From positions 1,216,001 through 1,280,000 of the forward strand of contig CAVQEQ010000003.1 of assembly GCA_963711565.1 (NCBI GenBank): a stretch of DNA of 64,000 bases, read 5' to 3'. Under the pieces are notes generated by a model, which searched no databases, was not told the origin of the DNA, and saw only the letters and a list, made by a program, of their open reading frames with translations. Numbering within the stretch: position 1 is the stretch's first letter; every line of letters begins with the position of its first letter. This document shows positions 27,714-37,744 of the stretch, piece after piece. The DNA is from an uncultured delta proteobacterium. GTDB taxonomy: Bacteria; Desulfobacterota; Binatia; Binatales; Binataceae. Made by a program: the position numbers and the translations under genes.

Positions 27714-28126
27714 GCGCGACAGGAGATCGCAACGCCCGCGATCTGAAAGAGATCGAAGCCCTGGAACAGCAGGAAGCCAGGGCGATGCTCGCCGCCGACG
27801 CTTCGACGCTACAGACGCTGTGGGCCGACGACATGGTCGTCAACAGCACCTCGAATCTTATCGCGGGAAAACAGATCCTGCTGGAAATGATCAAAGGCGG
27901 CCGGCTCAAGTTGCGCACCTACGAACGCCGCCCGGTCCGCATCACAGTGCTCGGCGATCTAGTCGTCAGCACAGGCAACGAGGTTTCTCAGCTGATTACG
28001 AATACTACCGAGTTCAAGCTGTTCGTTAGCTACATGAACGTGTGGGCGAAGCGCAACGGAAACTGGCAATTGCTCGCGCGTCACGTCGGCGCGATCGAGC
28101 GAGCAAAGCCCGCACCTCATCAGTGA
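27710..28126 (+). CDS. NTF2-like/DUF4440 protein
   Basis: LWADD, YMNVWAKRNGNWQLLARH. Confidence 0.8.
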   Translation: MSATGDRNARDLKEIEALEQQEARAMLAADASTLQTLWADDMVVNSTSNLIAGKQILLEMIKGGRLKLRTYERRPVRITVLGDLVVSTGNEVSQLITNTTEFKLFVSYMNVWAKRNGNWQLLARHVGAIERAKPAPHQ

Positions 28127-28278
28127 CTTAACTTTCGCTCGCCCGGGCTTCAAGCCATTCCGGCTCTCGAAGATCGCGCCATCACTGTCCGCACTCGCCT
28201 TCGCGATGCCGGACAGAAACCGAAACTTGCAGTAAATGTGCGCGCCATCTATACCGATGCTGCAATCGGAGCAGCATC

Positions 28279-29325
28279 GTGGAAATTCCGGGACACATTT
28301 CTCCGCCACCCTCGTTCCGGACAGGCGCGCATTCCAGGGTCCGCGTTTCAGTCGTCGTTCCGATTTTCAATAGCGCAAAGACTATCGCGCGAACCCTCGA
28401 GAGCATTCTCAGTCAGGACTTTGCCGATGGTACGGAAATCATTGCGGTAGATGACGGCTCGACCGACGCGACGGCGAGCGAATTGTCGCGCTTCTCGTCG
28501 CACCTCAGAATTATCAGCCAAAAAAACCAGGGAGTGGCCGCCGCGGAGAACGCGGGGGTCGGCGCGGCTAACGGCGAGTACATCGCCTTCTGCGATGCGG
28601 ACAACGTCTGGATGCCCGATAAACTCACCGCGACAGTAGGGGCGCTCGACCGCAATCGCGACGCGGTGCTGGCCTATTCAGATTGCATCCCGGTCGCCGA
28701 CGACGGCGTCCCGCTCGCCCCGTCGCTGGTCCCGTCCGAGCTGGCTCACGCGCCGTCGATGCGAGAGCTGCTGCGCGGCTGGTGGCCGATCGTTCCCAGT
28801 GCCGCGGTCACCCGCCGCGACGCCTACGACGCCTCCGGTGGCCAATGCACCGAGCTTCGTTCGTACCACGATGTTTATCTGTGGATGCTGCTGCGCGAGC
28901 TTGGACCGTTCGAATACGTGGCGCGTCCGCTGGTGAAATATCGCAAGACTACGGTCGCCGAGCGCACGCTGCGCGACGAGTGCTACTACGACGCCTTCGT
29001 GCGCCAGGTTCGTGCTCGCTACCACAACTCCGCCGATGGACTGCTTCGCGCGACGCGTCACGGATGCGCGAATCTGCTCGGCTATCGCGGCCTCCTCAAG
29101 ATGCGCAGCGGCAACCTCCGCGACGCGCGGCGCAGCTTCGCGCGCGCTGTCCGGCGGGAGCCGACCCATCTCCGCAACGCGATGCGCCTGATGCGCACTT
29201 TTCTGCCGCTCGGGCTGGCGCTGCGGTTAGGAGGAAGGACGTGCAGGCCTGAACTGGCACACTTCCCGGGCGCGGCGGCCGGTGAGTCCCGCCGAATCCA
29301 GCCGCAAGGCGCGCCGTCCGATTGA
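28279..29325 (+). CDS. GT2 glycosyltransferase
   Basis: VSVVVP, VDDGSTD, NQGVAAA, FCDAD; start uncertain. Confidence 0.87.
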   Translation: MEIPGHISPPPSFRTGAHSRVRVSVVVPIFNSAKTIARTLESILSQDFADGTEIIAVDDGSTDATASELSRFSSHLRIISQKNQGVAAAENAGVGAANGEYIAFCDADNVWMPDKLTATVGALDRNRDAVLAYSDCIPVADDGVPLAPSLVPSELAHAPSMRELLRGWWPIVPSAAVTRRDAYDASGGQCTELRSYHDVYLWMLLRELGPFEYVARPLVKYRKTTVAERTLRDECYYDAFVRQVRARYHNSADGLLRATRHGCANLLGYRGLLKMRSGNLRDARRSFARAVRREPTHLRNAMRLMRTFLPLGLALRLGGRTCRPELAHFPGAAAGESRRIQPQGAPSD

Positions 29326-30117
29326 ATGACCACGCATTGGTCCAGGTACCATGCGGCGTGGGAAAGATTGGGGCCGCCGCTGCGACCTCATGCCGAGGCC
29401 TGCGCTGCTTATCGCCGGTTGCTAGGCGGATGCGCGGGTCCGGTCCTACTGCTGGGCGTTACGCCCGAGCTTGCCGATATCGCGCCGCGCGTAGTCGCGG
29501 TCGATCGCGCTTACCCATTGATCGCCGGCGTGTGGCCGGGTAACACGAGCCGGCGGCGCGCGGTGAATGGAAACTGGCTGACTTTGCCGTTCGCGAACGG
29601 ATCCTTCGCAGCGGTAGTCGGCGACGGCGCTCTCAACTCCGTGGATCATCCCGCCGGACAACGCCGCGTGTACGACGAGGCCGCTCGCGTACTGCGTCCC
29701 GGTGGCCGTGCGGTGTTTCGCGTTTACGCCGCGCCGCGACGATGCGAGTCCATCGCCCAGGTGCGCGACGATCTGATGGCGGGAGGGATCGGCAGCTTCC
29801 ACGCTTTCAAATGGCGGCTCGCGATGGCGCTGGTGGCGCGCGATAAGAATCCTAACATTTGCGTTCGCACGATTTATGATTCATTCGCCAACGAATTTCC
29901 GCGCCGCGACCTTATTGCGCGCGCCGCCGGCTGGGATGCCGCCGATATCGACACCATCGAGCTCTACCGCGATTCGACCGAAGTTTACAGCTTTCCCAAG
30001 ACCGAACAGTTCGAGTCGATCGTTCCTGCAAGTTTCGCGAATGTCAGGTTTGCGGAGTCCGGCCGCTACGAACTCGCCGAGCGATGTCCGCTGCTATCGA
30101 TGGACCTGCGATCCTGA
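29326..30117 (+). CDS. Class I SAM methyltransferase-like protein
   Basis: LLLGVTPE, LPFANGSF, RVLRPGG. Confidence 0.75.
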   Translation: MTTHWSRYHAAWERLGPPLRPHAEACAAYRRLLGGCAGPVLLLGVTPELADIAPRVVAVDRAYPLIAGVWPGNTSRRRAVNGNWLTLPFANGSFAAVVGDGALNSVDHPAGQRRVYDEAARVLRPGGRAVFRVYAAPRRCESIAQVRDDLMAGGIGSFHAFKWRLAMALVARDKNPNICVRTIYDSFANEFPRRDLIARAAGWDAADIDTIELYRDSTEVYSFPKTEQFESIVPASFANVRFAESGRYELAERCPLLSMDLRS

Positions 30118-30126
30118 GCGGCCCAA

Positions 30127-30942
30127 ATGGCGCGAATAGTAGTCATCACGCACGAGTACGACGACTTCTTCAGCCGCGATTACCTGATCCAGGGATTGTT
30201 CGAACACTGGCGCGGCATGGGTCACGAGCTAATCGTCACTGCAGGAACGCGAACGGAGATTAGCGGCGACATCGCGATCCTGCACGTCGATTGCTCGGTC
30301 GTCAACGATGCGTATCTCGACTACGCGAAACGATTTCCGATCGTGCTGAACGCCGGCACTCGCGACATCCGGAAGTCCGCTGTCAGCCGCGTGATTGTCG
30401 ATCGAGGCGACGACTGGCGCGGCCCTGTCGTCGTAAAGTCCAACCTGAATACCGGCGGCCTGCCCGAACACATTCACAACCGCATCGCCAGGCGGATGGG
30501 CGCCGCGCCTCCGCATCGAACGGCAAAACTGTTCGAGCAGTACGAAGTTCTCGATTCGCAGGCACTCGTGCGCAGGCGCGTGTGGAAAGATCCGAGCCTG
30601 GTCGTTGAACGTTTTGTCCCCGAACATGATGAGCGCGGGTTCTGGCTCCGAACGTGGGTGTTCTTCGGTGACAGTGAGCGATGCAACCGCTACTGCGGAC
30701 CGCGCGCAATCGTAAAAGGATCCGAGACAACCTTCAGCGAACCGGCGCCGGTGCCGCAAGAGCTGCGCGAAATGCGCGCGCGCCTCGGCTTCGACTACGG
30801 CAAATTCGACTTCGCAGTGAACGATGGCCGTGCAACGCTATTCGACGCAAACCGCACCCCAGGCTCAGCCCCCAATCTAACCGCCCACTTCGTCAAAAAC
30901 GCCGCCAGCCTCGCCGCCGGCATAAATTCTTTCCTGAAATAG
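30127..30942 (+). CDS. Hypothetical protein, possible ATP-grasp fold
   Basis: VVVKSNLN, VVERF, DYGKFDF, LFDANRTP. Confidence 0.6.
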   Translation: MARIVVITHEYDDFFSRDYLIQGLFEHWRGMGHELIVTAGTRTEISGDIAILHVDCSVVNDAYLDYAKRFPIVLNAGTRDIRKSAVSRVIVDRGDDWRGPVVVKSNLNTGGLPEHIHNRIARRMGAAPPHRTAKLFEQYEVLDSQALVRRRVWKDPSLVVERFVPEHDERGFWLRTWVFFGDSERCNRYCGPRAIVKGSETTFSEPAPVPQELREMRARLGFDYGKFDFAVNDGRATLFDANRTPGSAPNLTAHFVKNAASLAAGINSFLK

Positions 30943-30984
30943 CGCGCGTGCGAGTAGCCGCTACAGGTGATACGCTCTGAAAAC

Positions 30985-31281
30985 ATGGATTTGCCAGTAA
31001 TACTCAACGCCGGCCAGGACGGATACATCGTCGCGGAGTGCCCTGTTATCCCGGGCTGCATCAGCCAGGGCCGTACGCGAAGGGAAGCACTCCGCAACGT
31101 GCGCGAGGCAATCGAGCTGTGCCTGGAAAGCCGCGCGAAAGAAGGATGGGAGCTCGCCTCGCACTACAACGTCGCACGCGTCAAGATCGACGGCGCGAAC
31201 AGAGTGGGAAAACTCGTAAGCGCTGCCCGAAACCTCCGCCGCGTCGCGCCGGCAAAGACATCGCGGTCTCGTAAAGCATAG
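30985..31281 (+). CDS. hicB: HicB-family antitoxin
   Basis: ECPVIPGCISQGRTRREAL.N..EAI. Confidence 0.88.
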   Translation: MDLPVILNAGQDGYIVAECPVIPGCISQGRTRREALRNVREAIELCLESRAKEGWELASHYNVARVKIDGANRVGKLVSAARNLRRVAPAKTSRSRKA

Positions 31282-31302
31282 GTCGCGACCCGCAAACGTG
31301 CA

Positions 31303-31527
31303 GTGATCCGATTACCCGTCATCTCCGGCGGAGAGTGCATCGCCGCTCTGACGAAGATGGGCTATCGACAGACGCGCCAGAAAGGAAGCCACGCGCGCCT
31401 GGCGTGCCCGAATCGAAATCCGGTAACCGTGCCCCTTCATACAGAACTCGATCGGGGGACGCTCAGGGCTATCCTGCGAACCGTCGAGATCAGTCCAGGT
31501 GAATTCCTTGCGCTCCTGAGAAAATAA
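31303..31527 (+). CDS. hicA: HicA-family toxin
   Basis: RQKGSH, VTVPLH, GTLRAIL. Confidence 0.9.
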   Translation: MIRLPVISGGECIAALTKMGYRQTRQKGSHARLACPNRNPVTVPLHTELDRGTLRAILRTVEISPGEFLALLRK

Positions 31528-31531
31528 TTCG

Positions 31532-32671
31532 TCAGCGCATCAGCCGGAAACAGCTCCGCACTTCCTTGACGAATGTCTCCGGCTGCTCGAAGGCGGCGAA
31601 GTGGCCGCCCTTCGTCAGCTCGTTGAAGTACACCAACTTCGAGAATCGCTTCTCCGCCCATCGCTTCGACGTGCGGAAGATTTCTTTCGGGAAAATCGAA
31701 CAGCCGACCGGGACCGTCACAGGATCAGTCAGCGTGCGGCGAAAGCTTTCCCAGTACAGGCGCGCCGACGACGCCGCGTTGGCCGGCAGCCAGTAGAGCA
31801 TCACGTTGTCGAGCAACTCTTCGCGCGTCAGCACAGCCTCCGGATTCCCGCCGCAGTCGGTCCACGACCAGAATTTTTCCAATATCCACGTGAGCTGCCC
31901 CACCGGCGAATCGGTAAGACCGTAGCTCACCGTCTGCGGCCGCGTGCTCTGCTGCTTCGAGTAGCCCGAGTCCCAATCATTGTAGTGCTGCATTCCCGCG
32001 ATCGCCGACTTCTCGTTCTCGGTGAGATCGTTCATCGTCGCCGGATCGGGCATCGCGATCGGCATGTTGAGATGAATCCCGATGCAGTTGCTCGGGTCCT
32101 GGATTCCAATGCAGGTCGTAACGATCGATCCCCAATCTCCGCCCTGCGCCGCGTATCTCTTGTAGCCGAGCCGCGGCATCAGCTCCGCCCACGCGCTCGC
32201 GATACGCTGAACGTTCCAGCCGTTGCGCGCGGGCTTGTCCGAGAAACCGTAGCCCGGAAGCGACGGGCAGACGACGTGAAAGGCGTCCGCCGCATCGCCG
32301 CCATGCGCGGTCGGATTGGTGAGCGGCTCGATCACCTTTTGAAACTCGACGATCGACCCCGGCCATCCGTGCGTTATCATCAGCGGCATCGCGTCGGCAT
32401 GCGGCGATCGCACGTGCACGAAATGTATCCCGAGCCCGTCGATCGTCGTCTTGAACTGCGCGAAGCGATTGAGCCGAGCCTCGCGCGCGCGCCAGTCGTA
32501 TTTCTCGAGCCAATACGCGGCGACCTCCCGCGCGTACGCGAGCGGCAGTCCTTGCGACCAGTCATCGACGCACTCGCGCTCGGGCCATCGCGTCTCGCGC
32601 AGGCGCCGCTTCAGGTCGTCGAGTTGCGCCTCGGTCGCCGCAATGCGGAAGGGTTCTATATTGTTGCTCAT
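31532..32671 (-). CDS. Epoxide hydrolase
   Basis: HGWPGS, SLPGYGFS, QGGDWG, GGHFAAFEQP. Confidence 0.93.
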   Translation of the reverse strand: MSNNIEPFRIAATEAQLDDLKRRLRETRWPERECVDDWSQGLPLAYAREVAAYWLEKYDWRAREARLNRFAQFKTTIDGLGIHFVHVRSPHADAMPLMITHGWPGSIVEFQKVIEPLTNPTAHGGDAADAFHVVCPSLPGYGFSDKPARNGWNVQRIASAWAELMPRLGYKRYAAQGGDWGSIVTTCIGIQDPSNCIGIHLNMPIAMPDPATMNDLTENEKSAIAGMQHYNDWDSGYSKQQSTRPQTVSYGLTDSPVGQLTWILEKFWSWTDCGGNPEAVLTREELLDNVMLYWLPANAASSARLYWESFRRTLTDPVTVPVGCSIFPKEIFRTSKRWAEKRFSKLVYFNELTKGGHFAAFEQPETFVKEVRSCFRLMR

Positions 32672-32721
32672 CGACGGATCTCTTGCCGAATCATTTTTCG
32701 GAGTCAAGGACTGCGCTCGTC

Positions 32722-33171
32722 TCAACGGCGCGAGTCGCTTCTATCGTGCCGCCGCTTGAGCGAGCTTCGCGCCTGTTCGTCCTCGACACTCTCCATCCGC
32801 TCGCGTATCCGCTCGAAGCTGCCGTCGAAAGCCATGACGAGCTTCGCATCGACTTCGATATGCCGCGCATTCTTCGCAACCTTCGGATTGGGGTCATGTT
32901 GCAGGCGCTTCGCGGCCTGTCTGAGCCGATTGAAGACCTCCCAAGGCATTGCGCAAGGACAGATCTCGCGCACCGCCCGCGCCCGCGTTTCATCGTCAGC
33001 GGATTGCATCTCGGCGACGATTCTCGCGGCTTCAGCCTCCCAATCGACTCCCGCCCTCGACTTCTCAACCGTCTGCACAAAGTGCTCGACATGCGCGATC
33101 TCGCGGCGCGAGCGATGCGGCTTCGCCGTCTTCCTAAAAGCATCGGTCTTCGGATCGAATTGTGTAACCAA
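32722..33171 (-). CDS. HEAT-like repeat hypothetical protein
   Basis: DDETRARAVR..CPC, DPNPKVAKNA; AGGTGA RBS. Confidence 0.55.
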   Translation of the reverse strand: MVTQFDPKTDAFRKTAKPHRSRREIAHVEHFVQTVEKSRAGVDWEAEAARIVAEMQSADDETRARAVREICPCAMPWEVFNRLRQAAKRLQHDPNPKVAKNARHIEVDAKLVMAFDGSFERIRERMESVEDEQARSSLKRRHDRSDSRR

Positions 33172-33499
33172 GACTCACCTCATAGTGATGTACGCGGAAT
33201 TGACCACAGACCGGTCTGGCCGTGAGCCAACCTGCGCAGCGTCGAGGCGAGAAGCTTCTGAAATCTAGACGCGGGACGGGCGAAGAGGCACGATCAGCCG
33301 ATCTTTCGCAGATTCATGGCGATGCGGCGGTATAATCGGTCTGTCCTCCTCGCTAAAGAATCGTAACTCCCATCGTGGTAACACGCAGCGACGCGTGAGG
33401 CAACGCGGGTTCACGAACCGCGACCGCATCCGCCGTTGCACTTCACGCAAAATAATTTGTAATGTCGCTCTGGTCTGATCGGTAGAAGGAGCACGCCCG

Positions 33500-34333
33500 A
33501 TGATCCCCGCTAACGCCGCGCCTCTCGCGATTGCGCTCCTCGGACTGCTGCTCGGGATGCGTCACGCAACCGATCCCGATCACGTCATCGCCGTCACCAC
33601 CATCCTCAGCCGCGAACGCCGCTTCGCTGTGGCCGCCCGCATCGGCGTCGTCTGGGGACTCGGGCATACGCTGACGGTCCTGCTGGTCGGCGCCGCTATC
33701 ATCGTATTCAAAATTGCGATTCCGGCCCGGCTCGGCCTCGCGATGGAATTTGCGGTCGCTATCGTGCTGATCCTGCTCGGCATCGGCGCCGCGGCGAACC
33801 TGATCCGCAATGCCGCGACTCGAATCAGCGGCGGTACCTCGCGCGATGAAGCCCTCGTCGTCCATGCGCACGCGCACACTCACGACGGCGCGACGCATGC
33901 ACATCCGCACGTTCACCTTAGTCCTCATGAAGATCTCGCCGACGCGATGCATCACGATCATCGCATCCCGGTTGACGCGATGCCGTCGTTCGCCGCACGC
34001 CGCCCGCTGTTGAGATCGTTCGCCGTGGGACTCGTGCATGGACTAGCGGGCAGCGCCGCGATTGCGTTGCTGGTCCTGAGCGCGATTCCGAGTCCGCTAT
34101 GGGCGACGCTCTACCTGGCGATCTTCTGCGTCGGCACGATCATCGGCATGGCGTTGATCACGACTGCAATCGCGACGCCGTTCATGGTCGCGTCACAGCG
34201 CGCGTCGTGGCTCCATCAAGGCCTCGTCACCGGCTCAGGCCTGTTGAGTTTCGGCTTCGGCCTGTTCCTCGCCTACCACATCGGTATCGTCGATCATCTG
34301 TTCAGCGCCGCGCCAATTTGGATACCGCAATAG
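33500..34333 (+). CDS. High-affinity Ni/Co transporter (HoxN/UreH-like)
   Basis: RHATDPDH, WGLGH, His-rich loop, GLVHGLAGSAA. Confidence 0.9.
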   Translation: MIPANAAPLAIALLGLLLGMRHATDPDHVIAVTTILSRERRFAVAARIGVVWGLGHTLTVLLVGAAIIVFKIAIPARLGLAMEFAVAIVLILLGIGAAANLIRNAATRISGGTSRDEALVVHAHAHTHDGATHAHPHVHLSPHEDLADAMHHDHRIPVDAMPSFAARRPLLRSFAVGLVHGLAGSAAIALLVLSAIPSPLWATLYLAIFCVGTIIGMALITTAIATPFMVASQRASWLHQGLVTGSGLLSFGFGLFLAYHIGIVDHLFSAAPIWIPQ

Positions 34334-34352
34334 AAACGCTCCTCAGACCGGT

Positions 34353-34886
34353 TCACAGAACAACCGCCATCGTCAGCGTGAACGTGCCTTTAGTGACACC
34401 GTCGCACTTCTTCGCCTTGTAGGTTCCTTCGATCGTGGGCACGGTCACAGTATCGTCAGGTGCCTCGACCGGGATCTGGATGGTTCCCTGGGCCGATACC
34501 GAGCACTTGCTGCCCTTCTGCTTGAGCTTGAACTTCAGATCCTCGCCGTTGCTATTGATAGTCCCCTTGTAAGAGCCGGACCCGGAGCCGGCGGTCCAGG
34601 TTCCCATGAACTTGTTGTGCTTCTGAAAGACCTCAATCGCGAACGAAGTAGTTCCGGCTTCATCGTCAACGATCGACCCCGACCAATCGCCTGCGATATC
34701 CGGCGGAGGCACTTTCTTATCCGGCTCGGTCGCCACGTCCGCGCCATCGTCTGTTGAGTCGCTGGCATCCTGCGCCCAAGCCGCGTTACCGTAAGATTGG
34801 CTATGGGAGACAAGATTTGCGAGTCGCCCCGATGCGAACAGAGCGACTGAGAACGTCAGCAATGCTAAACCAGTCTTGGATTTCAT
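34353..34886 (-). CDS. Secreted beta-rich hypothetical protein
   Basis: Signal peptide, IAGDWSG/GTW motifs, two Cys. Confidence 0.65.
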   Translation of the reverse strand: MKSKTGLALLTFSVALFASGRLANLVSHSQSYGNAAWAQDASDSTDDGADVATEPDKKVPPPDIAGDWSGSIVDDEAGTTSFAIEVFQKHNKFMGTWTAGSGSGSYKGTINSNGEDLKFKLKQKGSKCSVSAQGTIQIPVEAPDDTVTVPTIEGTYKAKKCDGVTKGTFTLTMAVVL

Positions 34887-35001
34887 TTGCCCTCTTTACC
34901 AGCTTGAAAATGTGGTGGCGCAAAATGTCTCACGGTATAAACGTTCACGCAAGCACTTGATCAAAATTGCCGGAGACGAAGATCAATCAAAGGAGAAAAA
35001 T

Positions 35002-35691
35002 ATGATCGACCTCTACTATTGGCCGACGCCGAACGGGCACAAAATCACAATCTTTCTCGAGGAGACCGGGCTCGAATACAAAATCGTCCCCGTGAATATC
35101 CGCAAGGGTGAGCAGTTCGCGCCCGAGTTTCTCAAGTTCAGCCCCAACAACCGGATGCCTGCGATCATCGACCATGACGGTCCCGGCGGAAAGCCGCTCG
35201 CACTGTTCGAGTCGGGCGCGATCCTGCTCTACCTCGCCGAGAAGACCGGCAAGTTCATGCCGTCGGAAATGCGCGCGCGTTACAACGTCGTACAATGGCT
35301 GATGTTCCAGATGGCGGGCGTCGGCCCGATGTTCGGGCAGCGCGGACACTTTCTGCGCGCCGCACCCGAGAAGATTCCATACGCGATTGACCGCTACACC
35401 AACGAGTCGCGCCGCCTGCTGAACGTAATCGAAAATCAGCTTGCCAATAACGCCTACCTGGCCGGCGATTACTCGATCGCGGACATGGCGACCTATCCGT
35501 GGGTGGTGGGAACGCGCCGCGAACCCGAACAGTTGGAGAGCCGCCCGAATTTCAAGCGATGGCTCGACACAATCGGCGATCGTCCCGCCGTAAAACGCGG
35601 CGTCGCGGTGATGGCCGACCTCCCGCCCGAGCCGCTCGACGAAGCCGCCCGCTCAATCCTGTACGGCGCCAAGCAGTTCGAGCACCACTAG
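35002..35691 (+). CDS. Glutathione S-transferase (second YfcG-like paralog)
   Basis: TPNG, SPNNRMPAI, FESGAIL; AGGAG RBS. Confidence 0.92.
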   Translation: MIDLYYWPTPNGHKITIFLEETGLEYKIVPVNIRKGEQFAPEFLKFSPNNRMPAIIDHDGPGGKPLALFESGAILLYLAEKTGKFMPSEMRARYNVVQWLMFQMAGVGPMFGQRGHFLRAAPEKIPYAIDRYTNESRRLLNVIENQLANNAYLAGDYSIADMATYPWVVGTRREPEQLESRPNFKRWLDTIGDRPAVKRGVAVMADLPPEPLDEAARSILYGAKQFEHH

Positions 35692-35731
35692 CAGCGCGGC
35701 TTCTCGGACAAGACCGCCGGAGCCGCTCATC

Positions 35732-35876
35732 GTCATCCGACGAAGCGAGCATCGCGAGCGTGCTTGTCACCCTGACGAAGCAGCCATCTGCGAGCGCGCT
35801 TATCACCCCGACAAAGCAACGCGAGCTAGTTTGTCATCCTGACGAAGCGAGCATCGCGAGCGGCAGGAAGGATCTC
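35732..35876. repeat. Four tandem degenerate ~31-36 bp GTCATCCTGACGAAGC repeats (REP-like family B)
   Basis: Units start at 35732, 35766, 35802 and 35833; the last ends in GAAGGATCTC. Confidence 0.75.
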
Positions 35877-35930
35877 GGACAGCTTCGCGCCAGCGAAGCC
35901 GGTTCCGGTTTCTCAATCGCGCAGCGCTCC

Positions 35931-37592
35931 TTACCGATGCCCCATCGCACCGCTCCCTCCGTGCGGCGCTGCGACATGTCCCCCGCCTCCGCTACCGCGC
36001 GCGGGCGCGAATGCCTTCACCTGCTGCGCATGCTGCCGTTCGAAGGATTGCATTTGCTGCGAGTGCTGACGCTGTAGATCCTGCTGTTGCGCGAAGTTCT
36101 GGCGCTGCGCCCGCTCCTCATCGGCCGCCTGCTTGCGCACGAGCGCCTGCGTCTCACTCTGATGCCGGCGCACGAGTTCCGCTGACTCCTGGACGTGACT
36201 CTCCTCGACCTTCGTCCAGTCAGCGCCGCTTTCATCGGCAGCCTTTGCGGGCCGCTGAACTTCCTGCAGATGCTGACGTTCAAACGCCTCCGTCTCCGCG
36301 TCATGCTTTTGCTGCAGCTGTTTCAATTGCGCCGCCTGTTCGCGCGCGGCCTCCTGTTGCTGCTGCGCGCGATTTCGTTCGAGGTCCTGCAAGTCCACGT
36401 TGTGCTTCTGCTGGAGAGCTTGCTGTTGCACGCCATGCTCGCGCGCTACCGATTCGCGCATCGCGTCATTCCAGTCAGGATGACGCTGCAAGGCCACCGC
36501 CGGATCTTTCTGCGCCCACCAATGCAAGTCATGCCAGACGTGCTTGTCGTCGTAGTCGCCTTTCCATTCGGGATGGTGCTGATCGGCCCAGGCGGCGTCA
36601 TGCTGATGCCACCAGGTGTCGGTATGCCATACATGCTTGTCGTCGTAATCACCCCACCAGTTGGGATGATTCTCGCGCGCCCAAGTCGGATTAGTCGCCC
36701 ACCACCAGCTCGCCGGACGCCAGATTTTGTTGTCGTCGTATGCGCCCCACCAGTCCGGATGGTTCTCGCGCACCCACTCGGGTTGGTTCTGCCACCACCA
36801 TCCAGCCGGCCGCCAGAAATGCTGGTCGTCGAACGCGCCCCACCAGTCGGGATGATTCTGTCGGCACCAGTCGGGCGCGTACTGCCACCACCATCCTGCC
36901 GGCCGCCAATAATGATGATTGTCGAACTCGCCCCACCAATCCGGGTGATGGAGCGGCACCCAATCGGGATGATACTGATACCACCACGGCGCTGCGTACC
37001 ACACGCCCTCGTAGTAATCGCCCCACCAATCCGGATGATGCGCGATCACCCATTGGGGCTGTAGCTGCCACCACCACGGCGCGGGATACCAGGAACCGTT
37101 CCAGTCATCGCCCCACCATTCGGGATGATTCTGCACCACCCAGTTGGGCTGGAGAATCCACCACCATCCCGCCGGATACCAAACGCCCTGATCAACGTCG
37201 CCCCACCATTCCGGGTGATGCTCACGCGCCCATTCAGGCTGATACTGATACCACCACGTCGCGGGATACCAATTGCCCTGGTAGTAATCGCCCCACCATT
37301 CCGGGTGATGATCGCGGACCCACGAGGGCTGCGAATCCCACCACCACCAGGCCGGGTGCCAATTGTGATCGTCGTCAAAGTCGCCCCACCATTCGGGGTG
37401 ATGCTGTTTGACCCACTCTGGCTGCGAACCCCACCACCATGCGGCATCTCGCCATGTGTGGCCGCTATCGTAGTCGCCCCACCTCGGCACTTCCGGAATC
37501 GGCGTCGGCCATGGTTTGTACTGTGCGAACGCGGGCGTCGCCAGCATAAGGAGAAATGTCGCCGCTGCCAGCAGACCCTTGATTCTGGTCAT
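35931..37592 (-). CDS. Secreted Trp-rich tandem-repeat protein with Gln-rich helical tail
   Basis: AFA signal peptide, 11 repeats of 30-31 aa, Q/E/H-rich C-terminus; GGAGG RBS. Confidence 0.88.
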   Translation of the reverse strand: MTRIKGLLAAATFLLMLATPAFAQYKPWPTPIPEVPRWGDYDSGHTWRDAAWWWGSQPEWVKQHHPEWWGDFDDDHNWHPAWWWWDSQPSWVRDHHPEWWGDYYQGNWYPATWWYQYQPEWAREHHPEWWGDVDQGVWYPAGWWWILQPNWVVQNHPEWWGDDWNGSWYPAPWWWQLQPQWVIAHHPDWWGDYYEGVWYAAPWWYQYHPDWVPLHHPDWWGEFDNHHYWRPAGWWWQYAPDWCRQNHPDWWGAFDDQHFWRPAGWWWQNQPEWVRENHPDWWGAYDDNKIWRPASWWWATNPTWARENHPNWWGDYDDKHVWHTDTWWHQHDAAWADQHHPEWKGDYDDKHVWHDLHWWAQKDPAVALQRHPDWNDAMRESVAREHGVQQQALQQKHNVDLQDLERNRAQQQQEAAREQAAQLKQLQQKHDAETEAFERQHLQEVQRPAKAADESGADWTKVEESHVQESAELVRRHQSETQALVRKQAADEERAQRQNFAQQQDLQRQHSQQMQSFERQHAQQVKAFAPARGSGGGGHVAAPHGGSGAMGHR

Positions 37593-37744
37593 CGATGCCT
37601 CCCCCGGACGATAGTCAAGTCAATCGCATCGCAAGCCAATATACTTCGGCAAGTCACTACCTATTATATTTACGTATCGCAACCAACAATCGTTTACAGG
37701 ATAGTCACTGCCTGGGATGAATCAGCGCACGCCCTTGATTTCCG

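Noticed and set aside
31601-33268. 555-aa plus-strand ORF and many similar long overlapping ORFs
   Set aside because: Antisense or alternate-frame shadows of well-supported genes in high-GC DNA, with no recognisable motifs.
33330-33499. NikR box or metal riboswitch upstream of the Ni/Co transporter
   Set aside because: Only one TAACAC half-site and no recognisable riboswitch core; an Rfam scan would be needed.
35732-35876. Possible mini-CRISPR
   Set aside because: Units abut with no unique spacers and are degenerate; a REP-like array fits better.
36471-37481. Regular GCCCCACCA...GG.TGATG repeats every 90-93 nt resembling a CRISPR array
   Set aside because: The period is a multiple of 3, the intervening sequences are homologous, and they encode the Trp-rich protein repeats; no cas genes are present.
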